The position numbers and the translations under genes are program-made. 64,000 nt of DNA from the NCBI GenBank assembly GCA_022563195.1, contig JADFNV010000006.1, positions 12,045 to 76,044 of the forward strand, in the 5' to 3' direction. Positions 8,623 to 18,551 of the stretch are shown piece by piece. Each line of letters starts with the position of its first letter. The first letter of the stretch is position 1. The DNA is from Pseudomonadota bacterium (GTDB lineage: Bacteria > Pseudomonadota > Gammaproteobacteria > Steroidobacterales > Woeseiaceae). The notes below the pieces were generated by a model. It was not told where the DNA came from. It made no database searches and saw only the letters and a program-made list of their open reading frames with translations.

Positions 8623-9789
8623 CTACGACTCGCGACTCATCTCCCATTTTGAATACACGGGGAACCGCCTTGCCAGGACTATTATCGTTGCCAGAAAGCC
8701 CGCCAGGAGTCCAAGTGCCAACGCGATGTCGACCCAATGATCAAATGGTCGATTGTCGGGCGACATAACCGGCATGATCATCAGGTACTTGTTGATCCAA
8801 ATCCCTAAATTTATGGAGATGGCGATGACGCTCATAGCAAACACCGATCGCTTGACGATCGCAAACACGAAAGCGACTAATGGCAGTGCAAAGCAGCCTA
8901 TGATCATGGTCCAGAAATAAGGAGCGTAATGACCGTACATCTGTCGCCACAGGGGCTCGGTTTCGTGCGGCAGGTTACCGAACCAGATTACGAAGAATTG
9001 TGCCCAAAAGAAATACAGCCACAGCAGGGTGAATGCGGTAACCAGCATTCCAAGGCTTTTGATCTGATGCGGTCCGAAATGCGCGCCGCCATCTACCCGC
9101 CGCATGACAACGGTGATCGCAATCACGGCGGCGAATCCCGCGAACATATTGCCAAACCAGTAATGAATCGGGAACACGCTGCTGTGCCAGTGCGGGATTA
9201 TCATCATTGCAAAATCCCATGCGATGAACGTATTGCAGGCAACAAACGCAATGATCACGATCGGTGAGAGCTTGTACAGTTGATCCTCAACTTCGTCTTG
9301 ATCGATAAACAATGCTGCATCACCGCTGGCCATATCCACGCGCAGACTTTTTCTCGCATAGAATGCTGCCAGACCATAAAACAACAAGAGTCCGCCTAGA
9401 TTTCTGATCACAAGCCAGTTGATGTCCAGCCAGGGGCTAATGTGTTCGTCAGGCGATACATTTAGCCAGTAAAAAAGATCATCGCGCGCAAAGTAAACGA
9501 TCAACAGAAAACCAACGATCGCAAATGGAAAATACGCCAGCGTCGAGAGTTCGGCCAATCGGTACCATGGTTTTCCCCAATCGGATTCAACGATGCGCAG
9601 CAGAGCTGTAAACACGACGCCAACCTGGCTGATGCCGAGCAGGAATAGAAACGAGACGGTGAACAAGGGAAAATCCGGCTGCACATCTGCATTTGTAACG
9701 GCGAAAACCAGGCTCGCGACACCTATCAGGAATATCGCGATCAATAAATTAAATACGATGCCGCCGCGCTGTGATCGCAAACCCATCAT
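8623..9789 (-). CDS. actF: Alternative complex III subunit ActF (NrfD-like membrane protein)
   Basis: About 10 TM; WGKPWYRLAE, PHWHSSVFP, WAQFFVIWFGNLPHET; last gene of the act cluster. Confidence 0.8.
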   Translation of the reverse strand: MMGLRSQRGGIVFNLLIAIFLIGVASLVFAVTNADVQPDFPLFTVSFLFLLGISQVGVVFTALLRIVESDWGKPWYRLAELSTLAYFPFAIVGFLLIVYFARDDLFYWLNVSPDEHISPWLDINWLVIRNLGGLLLFYGLAAFYARKSLRVDMASGDAALFIDQDEVEDQLYKLSPIVIIAFVACNTFIAWDFAMMIIPHWHSSVFPIHYWFGNMFAGFAAVIAITVVMRRVDGGAHFGPHQIKSLGMLVTAFTLLWLYFFWAQFFVIWFGNLPHETEPLWRQMYGHYAPYFWTMIIGCFALPLVAFVFAIVKRSVFAMSVIAISINLGIWINKYLMIMPVMSPDNRPFDHWVDIALALGLLAGFLATIIVLARRFPVYSKWEMSRES

Positions 9790-10316
9790 GTCTCACCAAA
9801 CTCGTTCTTGATGTAATTCACGAGATGCCAGCGATCTTCGGTTGACATCGCCTGTCGGTAATACGGCATCGCAATGCTGCCGTGGCTGATCGTATAAAAA
9901 AGCTGACCGTCCGGTTGCAGTTGCACATAGTCGAGATTCAGTTCCATGGGCTGAGGTACAAACTTTTTGCCTACGGGCCCATCTCCGCGGCCCTGCTCGC
10001 CATGACAAAGCTGGCAATGCCGTTCATACATCTGCCTGCCCTTTTCGAATGAATCGTCATCCTTGGGATTAGGGTTGACCAGGACACGGCCTGCCTCCAG
10101 CCTGGCTAGAACCAATTCGATAATATCCTTTGGCGGAGGAAACCGATCCCTGCCATTAACGGGCACCGTTCTCTGGTTAATCTCAATTACCGAATCCTGG
10201 GGCTTCGGCGAAGGCTGATCCTGCATGTCCTTGTCCCAGGGCAACGTCAAACCGGCGCCCGGTATTGCCAGAAGGCAAATTACGCACGCCAGATCACGAA
10301 GCTGCGAGCTCTTCAC
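9786..10316 (-). CDS. actE: ACIII subunit ActE, monohaem cytochrome c
   Basis: Signal/anchor, DMQDQPS, CQLCH, DGQLFYTISHG..MPYY, RWHLVNYI. Confidence 0.85.
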   Translation of the reverse strand: MKSSQLRDLACVICLLAIPGAGLTLPWDKDMQDQPSPKPQDSVIEINQRTVPVNGRDRFPPPKDIIELVLARLEAGRVLVNPNPKDDDSFEKGRQMYERHCQLCHGEQGRGDGPVGKKFVPQPMELNLDYVQLQPDGQLFYTISHGSIAMPYYRQAMSTEDRWHLVNYIKNEFGET

Positions 10317-10819
10317 TGGCTTTCCTCCACATGCTGAATCTCGTCCGCCCCGGCGTCTCTGATGATGGCTTCGGCCCTGGCGATCTGATCTGCCACAGCG
10401 CCTTCCACGACGATGACGAATCGATCGACACCTGCCGATGACAGGTACGGTTTGTCATGCCATGCCGGCAGACCCGAGACGAAATGGAATCCTAATAATG
10501 TGAACAGGACGCCGAACAGTATCGTCATCTCATAGGTAATGATGAGAAATGGCGGTATTGAGAGGATAGCCCTGCCGCCAGTCGGCAGTATGAACGCCAG
10601 GGACGTGGCGACCACCAATGCGATTCCAGCTATGGCCCCGAAGATGGCGCCCGCCAGCGAAAAATGCCGGACACGCGACTTGCCGAGTCCGAGTACTTCA
10701 TTCGCCTCTTCAAGGGGAATAGGCGACAGCAGCGAAATATTATCGAATCCCGATGACTTCAGGTTCTTTGCGGCGTCGAGAAAATCTTCTTCGAACGCGA
10801 ACGATCCCAGAACGGCCAT
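10313..10819 (-). CDS. actD: ACIII subunit ActD (DUF3341-like)
   Basis: SPIP, TGGR...PPFLIITYEMTILFG, DRFVIVV; two TM helices; between actC and actE. Confidence 0.85.
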   Translation of the reverse strand: MAVLGSFAFEEDFLDAAKNLKSSGFDNISLLSPIPLEEANEVLGLGKSRVRHFSLAGAIFGAIAGIALVVATSLAFILPTGGRAILSIPPFLIITYEMTILFGVLFTLLGFHFVSGLPAWHDKPYLSSAGVDRFVIVVEGAVADQIARAEAIIRDAGADEIQHVEESQ

Positions 10820-12144
10820 CAGGCATTCCTCCTGAGCGGCTTGAGCGTTTCCTTGACCTCATAAATCGATATTGCCGGCACCCACTTGATGAAGATCAGG
10901 AATAAGGTCACGAAGATCGCGAACGAACCGACCGAAATCGAGATTTCGATCCAGCTCGGGACATAATAGCCAAACGAGCCCGGCAGGAATTTGCGTGGCT
11001 GCGAAGTGGCTACGATGATAAATCTTTCGGTGAGCATGCCGATGTTGATCAGGATGGAGATCAACAACATCTTGTTCCAGGACAAGCGAATCTTCTTGAA
11101 CAGCATCAACAACGGCACGAACGCGCAGAACAGAAGCATCTCCCAGTAGAGCGGCGCATAGAACCCGGTCAGCTTGAAGCTCAAGGCCTCGAGTTCAAAC
11201 GATGTCCCGCCGAACCAGGTGCTGAAGAGCTCAAGAATGTTGATATAGCTCCATATCAGCGATAACGCGATCAGAAGTTTGCCGAGACTGTCGAGATGCA
11301 CCTGGCCGATGTAACGCTCAAATCCGAGAAACTTCCGCAGGCAATACATCACGGTCACAATGCCCGCCGTGCCAGAATAAATGGCGCCGCAGACAAAATA
11401 GGGGGCGAATATCGTGTGGTGAAATCCGGGGACGGCTGACAACGCGAAATCCCAGGACACGATGCTGTGCACTGACACCGCCAGCGGAATAACAAAGACG
11501 GCGAAGAAGGTATAGGCCCATCCAAGCGTATGCCATTCCTTGGCCGTGCCACGCCAGCCGAAAGAGAAGATTGTGTAAAGACGGCGCCTCAATCCCGTGC
11601 TCGCGTCGCGGACCGCGGCAAAATCAGGCACCGACCCCATGTAGATAAAAATCGAACTAGCGGTCAGGTAAGTCGTAATAGCCATTACGTCGAACATCAG
11701 GGGCGATCGGAAGTTCGGCCACAAGCCCATTTCGTTGGGAATCGGGAAGCTCCAATGTACGAACCACACGCGGCCAACATGCACCATGACAAATAATGCC
11801 GCCGTCATCAGTGAGAACAGCGTCATGGCCTCTGCACTGCGATATATAGATTTGCGCCAAGGACTGTTGGTGATATGCAGCACCGCGGACAGCAAGGTGC
11901 CGGAGTGGCTCAAGCCGATCCAGAAAATGAAGTTGGACAGATAGCTGCCCCAGACTGCATTGTGATTCATGCCGGCGGCACCTACGCCCACGAACAGCTG
12001 ATAGATCCACGGCATGAAGAAGCAGATTCCCGCCACACTCATTGTCATGCCCAACAACATCCAGTACTTGGGGCCGGTCTCCAGCATCGTGGAGAGGATG
12101 TCCTTGTTGACCTCCGCGTAACTTGGCTGTCCGTGATCAAACAT
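10819..12144 (-). CDS. actC: ACIII quinol-binding subunit ActC (NrfD/PsrC family)
   Basis: NFIFWIGLSHSGTLLSA, RSAEAMT, HVGRVW, WPNFRSPLMFDV, PLAVSVHSIVSWDFA. Confidence 0.92.
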   Translation of the reverse strand: MFDHGQPSYAEVNKDILSTMLETGPKYWMLLGMTMSVAGICFFMPWIYQLFVGVGAAGMNHNAVWGSYLSNFIFWIGLSHSGTLLSAVLHITNSPWRKSIYRSAEAMTLFSLMTAALFVMVHVGRVWFVHWSFPIPNEMGLWPNFRSPLMFDVMAITTYLTASSIFIYMGSVPDFAAVRDASTGLRRRLYTIFSFGWRGTAKEWHTLGWAYTFFAVFVIPLAVSVHSIVSWDFALSAVPGFHHTIFAPYFVCGAIYSGTAGIVTVMYCLRKFLGFERYIGQVHLDSLGKLLIALSLIWSYINILELFSTWFGGTSFELEALSFKLTGFYAPLYWEMLLFCAFVPLLMLFKKIRLSWNKMLLISILINIGMLTERFIIVATSQPRKFLPGSFGYYVPSWIEISISVGSFAIFVTLFLIFIKWVPAISIYEVKETLKPLRRNA

Positions 12145-12190
12145 CGCTTGTGATTCTTCTCCGCTGGGTAAACTTGAAACTGTTATCGAA

Positions 12191-12943
12191 TTAGGCGTGC
12201 ACTTTTTTCAAGTAGACGATCGACGGTGTTGTATTGAGTTCTTTTAGAACGGCATAGCCCCTGGTGTCTTTCATCATCTTCGACACCTTGGCTTCCGGAT
12301 CTTTGCTATTGCCAAACACCATGGCCTCGGTCGGGCAACTTTGAACGCAGGCGGGAATGACCTCGCCGTCACGAACCCGGCGTCGGTTGTCATCCTTTGC
12401 ATTGTCTTTGGCAATGCGAATACGCTGAATACAGAACGTGCATTTCTCCATGACGCCCTTTTCGCGCACGCTGACATCCGGATTTAATTGCTGCTCCAGC
12501 GGTTCGTCCCATGTGTAGGTGAACCAGTTGAAATATCGCACCTCGTATGGGCAGTAAACAGCACAGGTCCGGGTGCCGATGCAACGGTTATAAATCTGTG
12601 TGTTCAGTCCATCTTGATTGTGATATGTCGCATACACCGGGCACGCGGTCTCACAAGGTGCGTCGTCGCACTGCTGGCAGAGCATCGGGATAAATCCCAT
12701 CTTGATGTTGGGGTACTCACCCTCCCAGTAGCGCTCGATACGAATCCACTTGATCTCACGGCTCTGGGCGAAGCGGTCTTCACCGACGATAGGAAGATTG
12801 TTTTCGGCCTGGCAAGCAACGACACAGGCCTCACAACCCGTGCAGCGATCCAGGTCGATCGTCATCGTCCAGTGATAATCGAATTCGTCGTAATAACCGG
12901 GTTTACTGTAAGCCTTAAGCTTTTCAACGATGGTACTCAACAC
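12191..12943 (-). CDS. actB2: ACIII Fe-S subunit ActB2 (multi-cluster ferredoxin)
   Basis: CTGCEACVVAC, CQQCDDAPCETAC, CIGTRTCAVYC (one Cys replaced, [3Fe-4S]-type as in ACIII), GVMEKCTFC...PACVQSC. Confidence 0.9.
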   Translation of the reverse strand: MLSTIVEKLKAYSKPGYYDEFDYHWTMTIDLDRCTGCEACVVACQAENNLPIVGEDRFAQSREIKWIRIERYWEGEYPNIKMGFIPMLCQQCDDAPCETACPVYATYHNQDGLNTQIYNRCIGTRTCAVYCPYEVRYFNWFTYTWDEPLEQQLNPDVSVREKGVMEKCTFCIQRIRIAKDNAKDDNRRRVRDGEVIPACVQSCPTEAMVFGNSKDPEAKVSKMMKDTRGYAVLKELNTTPSIVYLKKVHA

Positions 12944-12956
12944 GGCTCCTTAATCA

Positions 12957-15203
12957 TTACGTATGACCGTTCCCAGGTCCCAAAATTTGACGGCCCAGGG
13001 TGCGGGTTACACCGTCGGTCTTGACTATCTGCAGACGTTCGCCGGTGTTAGTGACTTTCACACGCGTCGCCGCCCAGGCCAAGTCGCCTGACTGGTCGTC
13101 CATAAGCGTCTCGACGATATGAATTGGATTGACGCCCCGGTCCTTGGCATAACGACCGTAAGCTGCATGGCCCTGGCCAATCGGTATCGCAATTACGCCG
13201 GGCCTGATCGCCGGGAATATGAACGCCGGAACACGAACTGAGCCGACCGGTGATGCAACGATCAGCACATCTCCCTCTTCGATGCCAAGGTCCCTGGCCG
13301 TCACCGGGTTTAACTCGGCCCAGGACCCATACACGACGCTAGTCATCGGATCAGGCAACTCCTGCAACCACGGCAGATTGGCTCCCCGGCCATCCAGGAA
13401 AGTTGCGGTCAGATATGGATGCAGTACAAACGGATAGTCGGCCTCGTCGCCGGCAAAATTCGATACCGGGTCCGCGATCGCAGCGATCGTCGACGAACTC
13501 GAAACCTCGGGTTGCTTGCCGGCCGCCGCACCAGGTTGCCCCCACACACCCGCTTCGAGCACGGCCTGCCAGAATGCCTCAAATCCCTGATCTTGCCCCT
13601 CTGACCCGCGCTCATCATATTCTTCGCGCCAGCGATCCTTGATGAACTCTTCTATCGTGGCCCAGGGCATGTGTATCGGCAGCTCACCGCCAATTTGCCG
13701 CGCCAGCGACAACATGATGTCGCCAACGGGCAGCGTGTCATACAACGGTGCCACGACCGGCTGGGATAACGAGGCTACCGGGAAGCCTACACCGGGGTCC
13801 GGCATATCATCGCCCCAGGACTCCAGATACGTGTTGGTGGGCAGGATGAGATCCGCCATCTCGGTCGTCTCATCGTGGAAGCTCGACAGTGCGATGATTA
13901 ATGGTACGTTTTCCATCGCTTGCCGGAATCCGACGTTGTCAGGCAGAGAAAATGCAGGATTGGTGTCGTGCACGAGCAATACTTCTACGTCGCCAGCTTG
14001 CATGGCCGCGACGAGATCGAGTGCTCCCTGAAGGCCTGCCGGACTGGAACCCGTCGCAGCCGGGAACGCCTGTGCGGAATTGAAAATTACCCCGCCCGGT
14101 TTACCTAAATTGCCGGCGAGATGATTCAATGCGTTGACCGCGACGACACTTGCCACGGCATTCGTACCTGCCGCAGTTGCACCACCGGCGATAGCGAGAC
14201 TAGCGGTACTCGCGCCGAATTCCCTGGCAATGCGGGCGATAGTGTCTTCACTGACTTCGGTCTCGGCAGACACCACAGACGGCGAATACGCCTGTAGTGC
14301 ACTTGACCACTCGTCCCTGTCGTTGCCGGCATAGCTGCCTGAACTAACAAGCACATGGGCTATCCCCAAGGCGAGCAAGCCCTCTGTACCCGGTCGCGCC
14401 GCGATCCATTCATCGGCAGCGGCGCCGCTTAGCGACATTCGCGGTTCGACCTGTACCGTCTTTCCGCGTTGGCCCTGTCGGCCCTGGCGCAATTTTCCGT
14501 ATGCGAGACTGTGGTGAACCGGAGAGAGCCAGGTGCCTAAATAGTCAGCTCCGAACGACAGCAGAAAATCGGTATTTTCTATGTCGTAGTACGGCAAGAC
14601 GTCTGTACCGAACGACGTTTTGTTGGCGGCCGCAAGGGCTGACGGATAAGTAAAATCGTATTGCTGATAATGCTCTGATCCGAGCAAACTCATAAACTGC
14701 GCAAACAGTTCATCGAGGTGCCCCCTCGTTCGACCCGTTAGCAGCCTGATGCGATTGGCATTGCCCTCAATTTTAAGCCGGCCGATACGACTGCCTATCG
14801 TCGTGAGCGCGTCATCCCAGCTTATCTCTGCAGTGTATTCAGATCCGCGATCGGTCCTCTGCAACGGCGTTCTGATGCGATCGGGATTGTACAAAACATT
14901 CAATCCGGCTTGCCCCCTTGCGCACAGTCGACCCCGACTGACCGGGTGCACAGGATTGCCTTCGATCTTTTTTGCTTTGCCTTCGCGTATACGCACGGAG
15001 ATTCCGCAACCGGCAGAACACTGATTGCAGACCGTGTTGTACCAGGTCGCAACTCCCGGCGAATAATCTTCCGGCGGAACCACTTGCGGAATCAGTAATT
15101 CGACATCTCGTTGCACCGCCTCGCCGTACAGAACGCCACCAACGACGCCGATGCCCCCGGCCCCGATATATTGCAGCAAATCTCTACGGCTTACCTTTGA
15201 CAT
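12957..15203 (-). CDS. actB1: ACIII subunit ActB1, molybdopterin-oxidoreductase-fold protein with Tat signal
   Basis: SRRDLL Tat motif, CNQCSAGC...CARGQ, KIEGNPVHP, GRGANLPWLQELPDPMT, IPIGQGH. Confidence 0.88.
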   Translation of the reverse strand: MSKVSRRDLLQYIGAGGIGVVGGVLYGEAVQRDVELLIPQVVPPEDYSPGVATWYNTVCNQCSAGCGISVRIREGKAKKIEGNPVHPVSRGRLCARGQAGLNVLYNPDRIRTPLQRTDRGSEYTAEISWDDALTTIGSRIGRLKIEGNANRIRLLTGRTRGHLDELFAQFMSLLGSEHYQQYDFTYPSALAAANKTSFGTDVLPYYDIENTDFLLSFGADYLGTWLSPVHHSLAYGKLRQGRQGQRGKTVQVEPRMSLSGAAADEWIAARPGTEGLLALGIAHVLVSSGSYAGNDRDEWSSALQAYSPSVVSAETEVSEDTIARIAREFGASTASLAIAGGATAAGTNAVASVVAVNALNHLAGNLGKPGGVIFNSAQAFPAATGSSPAGLQGALDLVAAMQAGDVEVLLVHDTNPAFSLPDNVGFRQAMENVPLIIALSSFHDETTEMADLILPTNTYLESWGDDMPDPGVGFPVASLSQPVVAPLYDTLPVGDIMLSLARQIGGELPIHMPWATIEEFIKDRWREEYDERGSEGQDQGFEAFWQAVLEAGVWGQPGAAAGKQPEVSSSSTIAAIADPVSNFAGDEADYPFVLHPYLTATFLDGRGANLPWLQELPDPMTSVVYGSWAELNPVTARDLGIEEGDVLIVASPVGSVRVPAFIFPAIRPGVIAIPIGQGHAAYGRYAKDRGVNPIHIVETLMDDQSGDLAWAATRVKVTNTGERLQIVKTDGVTRTLGRQILGPGNGHT

Positions 15204-15205
15204 GG

Positions 15206-15751
15206 CTATTTATGGCAAGTCCAGCAGTCGCGACCATGTTCTACTTCTCTTTCTGTGTGGCAATCGACACACCACGGCATTTTCATCGTCGCTACGCGGG
15301 TAATACGGTCCATCGTCTCTACCGGACCGTGACATTCCTGACACGAGAGGCCTGCCTTGATGTGTCGCTTATGCGTAAAGTGAACAAAGTCAGGAAGGTC
15401 GTGAACTTTAATCCACGGAATCGGTTCACGATTTTCCCAGTAAGTGGCCAGCTTCAGGATCTCCGGACTTTCGCGAACGCTCGGTACGGATTTGTGGCAT
15501 CCCATGCATTTGCTAACGCTGGGTACGCCGGCAACCGGCGTTCGCTCAGCGTAGATGTGACAGTGCTGGCACGGAATCTCGTTATCCGTGGCATGTATCG
15601 TGTGACTGAATTCGATGGGCTGAATCGGACTGCGATCGGAAAAATATTTGCCGTGTACCCATGCGCCGACAAACAGTCCGATCACAAGCACAAGCGCAAG
15701 CAAGGCAGGCTTCTTCGCGGGCTGTAGCGCATCAAGAACAGAGATAGACAA
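15206..15751 (-). CDS. actA: ACIII pentahaem cytochrome c ActA
   Basis: N-terminal TM, QPIEFSHTIH, five CXXCH motifs (CQHCH, CMGCH, CQECH, CVDCH, CWTCH), WIKVHDLPDFVHFTHKRH. Confidence 0.9.
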   Translation of the reverse strand: MSISVLDALQPAKKPALLALVLVIGLFVGAWVHGKYFSDRSPIQPIEFSHTIHATDNEIPCQHCHIYAERTPVAGVPSVSKCMGCHKSVPSVRESPEILKLATYWENREPIPWIKVHDLPDFVHFTHKRHIKAGLSCQECHGPVETMDRITRVATMKMPWCVDCHTEREVEHGRDCWTCHK

Positions 15752-15776
15752 ATTTCGATCCCTCTTTTGGGGCGAG

Positions 15777-15801
15777 AGTTTGCCCGGAAGCCGGGCAAAC
15801 T
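15777..15801. promoter_or_regulatory. Perfect 11-bp inverted repeat in the divergent actA / cytochrome c promoter region
   Basis: AGTTTGCCCGG-AAG-CCGGGCAAACT; function unknown. Confidence 0.45.
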
Positions 15802-15882
15802 ACAAATTTCAATTGCACCGCGGCGGTGACTTCGGTACGTTTGGTCACGCTTTAATCGCCCTGAGGCGCACTGAAACGAATC

Positions 15883-16530
15883 ATGAAGACTCTCATCCCT
15901 TCGTTATTATTGTTGATTGCCGCTCTTGGCTATGGACCCGTTGTCGAAGCGGCTGGCGATGCTGAAAAAGGCAAAATGCTGTACACCATTTGTGCTGCCT
16001 GTCACGGAACGAATGCTGAAGGCAAGGCTGCGCTTAACGCCCCGGCCAACGCCGGCCAGGATCCCTGGTACATGACCCGCCAATTGAAAAACTTCAAGGC
16101 TGGTATTCGTGGCGCCCATCCGGACGACACGTTTGGCGCACAGATGCGGCCAATGGCGATGGTGTTAGCCGATGATCAGGCTATTGCGGACGTCGTGGCA
16201 TACATTTCGAGCCTGGATTTGCCCAATCCTCCGCAGACCATCGACGGCGATGTCGAGCTCGGTAAGCAGGCCTATGAGACCTGCATTCCCTGTCACGGTG
16301 AATTCGGTCAAGGGGCACAGGCCCTGGATGCACCGCGCCTGTCCAGGCAACATGACTGGTATATCGTCCGACAACTTGAGAATTTCAAGAAAGGAATTCG
16401 CGGTAGCCATCAAAACGATATTTACGGCGCCCAGATGCGCATCATGTCGCAGATGCTTGAATCGGACGAACGGGTGCGCGCCGTCGCTGCTTACATCGCC
16501 ACGCTGCAGCGTCCGCCGATCAGTGATTAA
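15883..16530 (+). CDS. Periplasmic dihaem cytochrome c (c4/c553-like)
   Basis: Sec signal; CAACH and CIPCH; repeated QxxWYxxRQLxNFKxGIRG...GAQM domains. Confidence 0.92.
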   Translation: MKTLIPSLLLLIAALGYGPVVEAAGDAEKGKMLYTICAACHGTNAEGKAALNAPANAGQDPWYMTRQLKNFKAGIRGAHPDDTFGAQMRPMAMVLADDQAIADVVAYISSLDLPNPPQTIDGDVELGKQAYETCIPCHGEFGQGAQALDAPRLSRQHDWYIVRQLENFKKGIRGSHQNDIYGAQMRIMSQMLESDERVRAVAAYIATLQRPPISD

Positions 16531-16556
16531 TCGTGGAGCGGTTTACTGGTGATCAC

Positions 16557-16952
16557 TCATAACCGCATCAGGTGCATGGACGGACCTGCCAATTCAGTGC
16601 CGTTGATATTGATCCGAACCCGGTAGTGTCCCGGCACCGGAAACATCACTTTTTCGAGAGGCAAAATAAGATGCGTTTTTGCCGGCGCCTTCGATTCTGG
16701 CCGGGCCTCCACGTCGGTATGACCTTCGATAAAGAAGATTGACTTACCGCCGGGATCGGTGAGATCTGCAGTAAATGGAATTCGGCCAGCCAGATCGTGC
16801 GGCCATTCTACGATGCCGACGAGAACCATCCTGTCCTGACGCGCCGGAAAGTCGGGCGCATGCAGCTCATTAAATATGCCGTGAATGTCAAGCTTGCCGT
16901 CCGCTCCGACACCGGCGTCCGTGCAAAACAAAAAAACCGCGTCCATTTTCAA
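16557..16952 (-). CDS. Hypothetical beta-sandwich protein (DUF6941-like)
   Basis: FLFCTDA...GKLDIHGIFNEL...FP...FPVPGHYRVRININGTEL pattern; TTG start. Confidence 0.6.
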   Translation of the reverse strand: MKMDAVFLFCTDAGVGADGKLDIHGIFNELHAPDFPARQDRMVLVGIVEWPHDLAGRIPFTADLTDPGGKSIFFIEGHTDVEARPESKAPAKTHLILPLEKVMFPVPGHYRVRININGTELAGPSMHLMRL

Positions 16953-17138
16953 CTTATCCTCCGCTCTGTCGATAATACAGATACGGGACAGTCTAAGCTG
17001 TGGAAATCGGTTACTGAATACTCTATTCTCCGCCTTGGAATATGCAGGCTGACTACATTTAGATATCCGACAGCAATCCCAAATCCGATGTGGTAGCGAT
17101 TCGCCGCGCCGGTCACGATATTAAAGGATGCATAACAT

Positions 17139-18485
17139 ATGCCATTAGCAATTGTATTGATTCTTTTGGTTGTAGGTTCGATCATCTTTCACTTCGTCAG
17201 TCCGTGGACGTTTACGCCAATTGCTTCGAATTGGGGAGCGATCGACTTCACGATCGATATCACTTTGTGGGTTACGGGATTCGTATTTGTCGCCGTAAAC
17301 CTGTTCATGGCCTACGTGATTATTCGCTATCGCCATCGGGAAGGTATCAAAGCTGACTACGAACCCGAAAACGCGAAACTGGAAGCCTGGCTCACCGTTA
17401 TAACGACGATAGGGGTCGCCGCGATGTTGGCACCCGGCCTGATCGTCTGGGCAAAGTTTGTCGCACCCCCGGAAGACTCAATCGAAATCGAAGCTATCGG
17501 CCAGCAATGGAAATGGACCTTTCGCCTGCCGGGCGAGGACGGCGATTTCGGACACACCGATTCCCGTTTAATCACCGTAGACAATCCGTTCGGCATCAAT
17601 CCGGATGACCCCAATGGACAGGATGACATTTTAGTCGATGATGCCATCGTGCACATTCCAGTCAATGAACCCGTCCTTTTCTGGTTGCGCTCCAAAGACG
17701 TATTGCATAACTTCACGGTTGCACAATTCAGAGTCAAGATGGACCTGGTTCCTGGCATGGAAACTTATATGTGGCTGGAACCGACTGTAGTTGGCGAATA
17801 TGAAATTCTTTGCGAGGAGTTGTGTGGTATTGCGCATCACGCCATGCGCGGCAGGGTTGTTGTGGACGAGCCCGCGGACTACGAAGCGTGGGTAGCGAGC
17901 CAACCGACTTTTGCCGAACTCCAGGCGAGAGCACCCGACCCTGCGCTAGGCGCAGCATCGTATGCCGTGTGTGCCGCATGCCATGGTTCGCAGGGTGAGG
18001 GCCTGGTAGCTCTGAACGCGCCGAAACTCAGTGGTCAGGATCCGCAGTACCTGAAACGACAGCTACGAAATTATAAGTCCGGCCTGCGCGGCATTCATGA
18101 AGATGACGTCAATGGACGCATAATGGCACCCATGGCGGCTACGCTGTTCAACGATGCAATGATCGATAACGTCATCGCCTATATCGGCACCTTGGACGAT
18201 ATACCGGCGCCAGCTACGATCGATGGAGACGTCGCTCATGGCGCCAGGCTGTATGCACTCTGTGCCAATTGCCATGGCAAAGACGGGCAGGGCATTAAGA
18301 TGAATGCACCACGGCAAGCTGGTATCAACGACTGGTATCTTCTGAGTCAGCTTAAGAATTTCAAACAGGGGCTGCGCGGACATCATCCGGAAGATCTCAG
18401 TGGCAACCAGATGCGGGCTATGGCCCTGACACTTCAGGATGAGCAGGCGATGCGGGATGTCATCGCTTACATCAATTCTTTATAG
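17139..18485 (+). CDS. coxB: Cytochrome c oxidase subunit II with two fused C-terminal haem c domains
   Basis: TM helices, GQQWKW, SKDVLHNF, CuA motif CEELCGIAHHAM, then CAACH and CANCH domains. Confidence 0.93.
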   Translation: MPLAIVLILLVVGSIIFHFVSPWTFTPIASNWGAIDFTIDITLWVTGFVFVAVNLFMAYVIIRYRHREGIKADYEPENAKLEAWLTVITTIGVAAMLAPGLIVWAKFVAPPEDSIEIEAIGQQWKWTFRLPGEDGDFGHTDSRLITVDNPFGINPDDPNGQDDILVDDAIVHIPVNEPVLFWLRSKDVLHNFTVAQFRVKMDLVPGMETYMWLEPTVVGEYEILCEELCGIAHHAMRGRVVVDEPADYEAWVASQPTFAELQARAPDPALGAASYAVCAACHGSQGEGLVALNAPKLSGQDPQYLKRQLRNYKSGLRGIHEDDVNGRIMAPMAATLFNDAMIDNVIAYIGTLDDIPAPATIDGDVAHGARLYALCANCHGKDGQGIKMNAPRQAGINDWYLLSQLKNFKQGLRGHHPEDLSGNQMRAMALTLQDEQAMRDVIAYINSL

Positions 18486-18551
18486 ACGACGAATGCGAGA
18501 CATCAGCATGGTCAACTTTTTAAACTACGGCTCAAGCGCGAGGGGATTTTG

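Noticed and set aside
12957..15203. Calling this an active nitrate, formate or polysulfide reductase
   Set aside because: Context with pentahaem ActA and ActC/D/E/F indicates ACIII; no clear Mo-ligand residue could be identified by eye.
16953..17138. FNR or RegA boxes upstream of the cox operon
   Set aside because: No TTGAT-N4-ATCAA match; GC-rich RegA-like matches are too weak to support.
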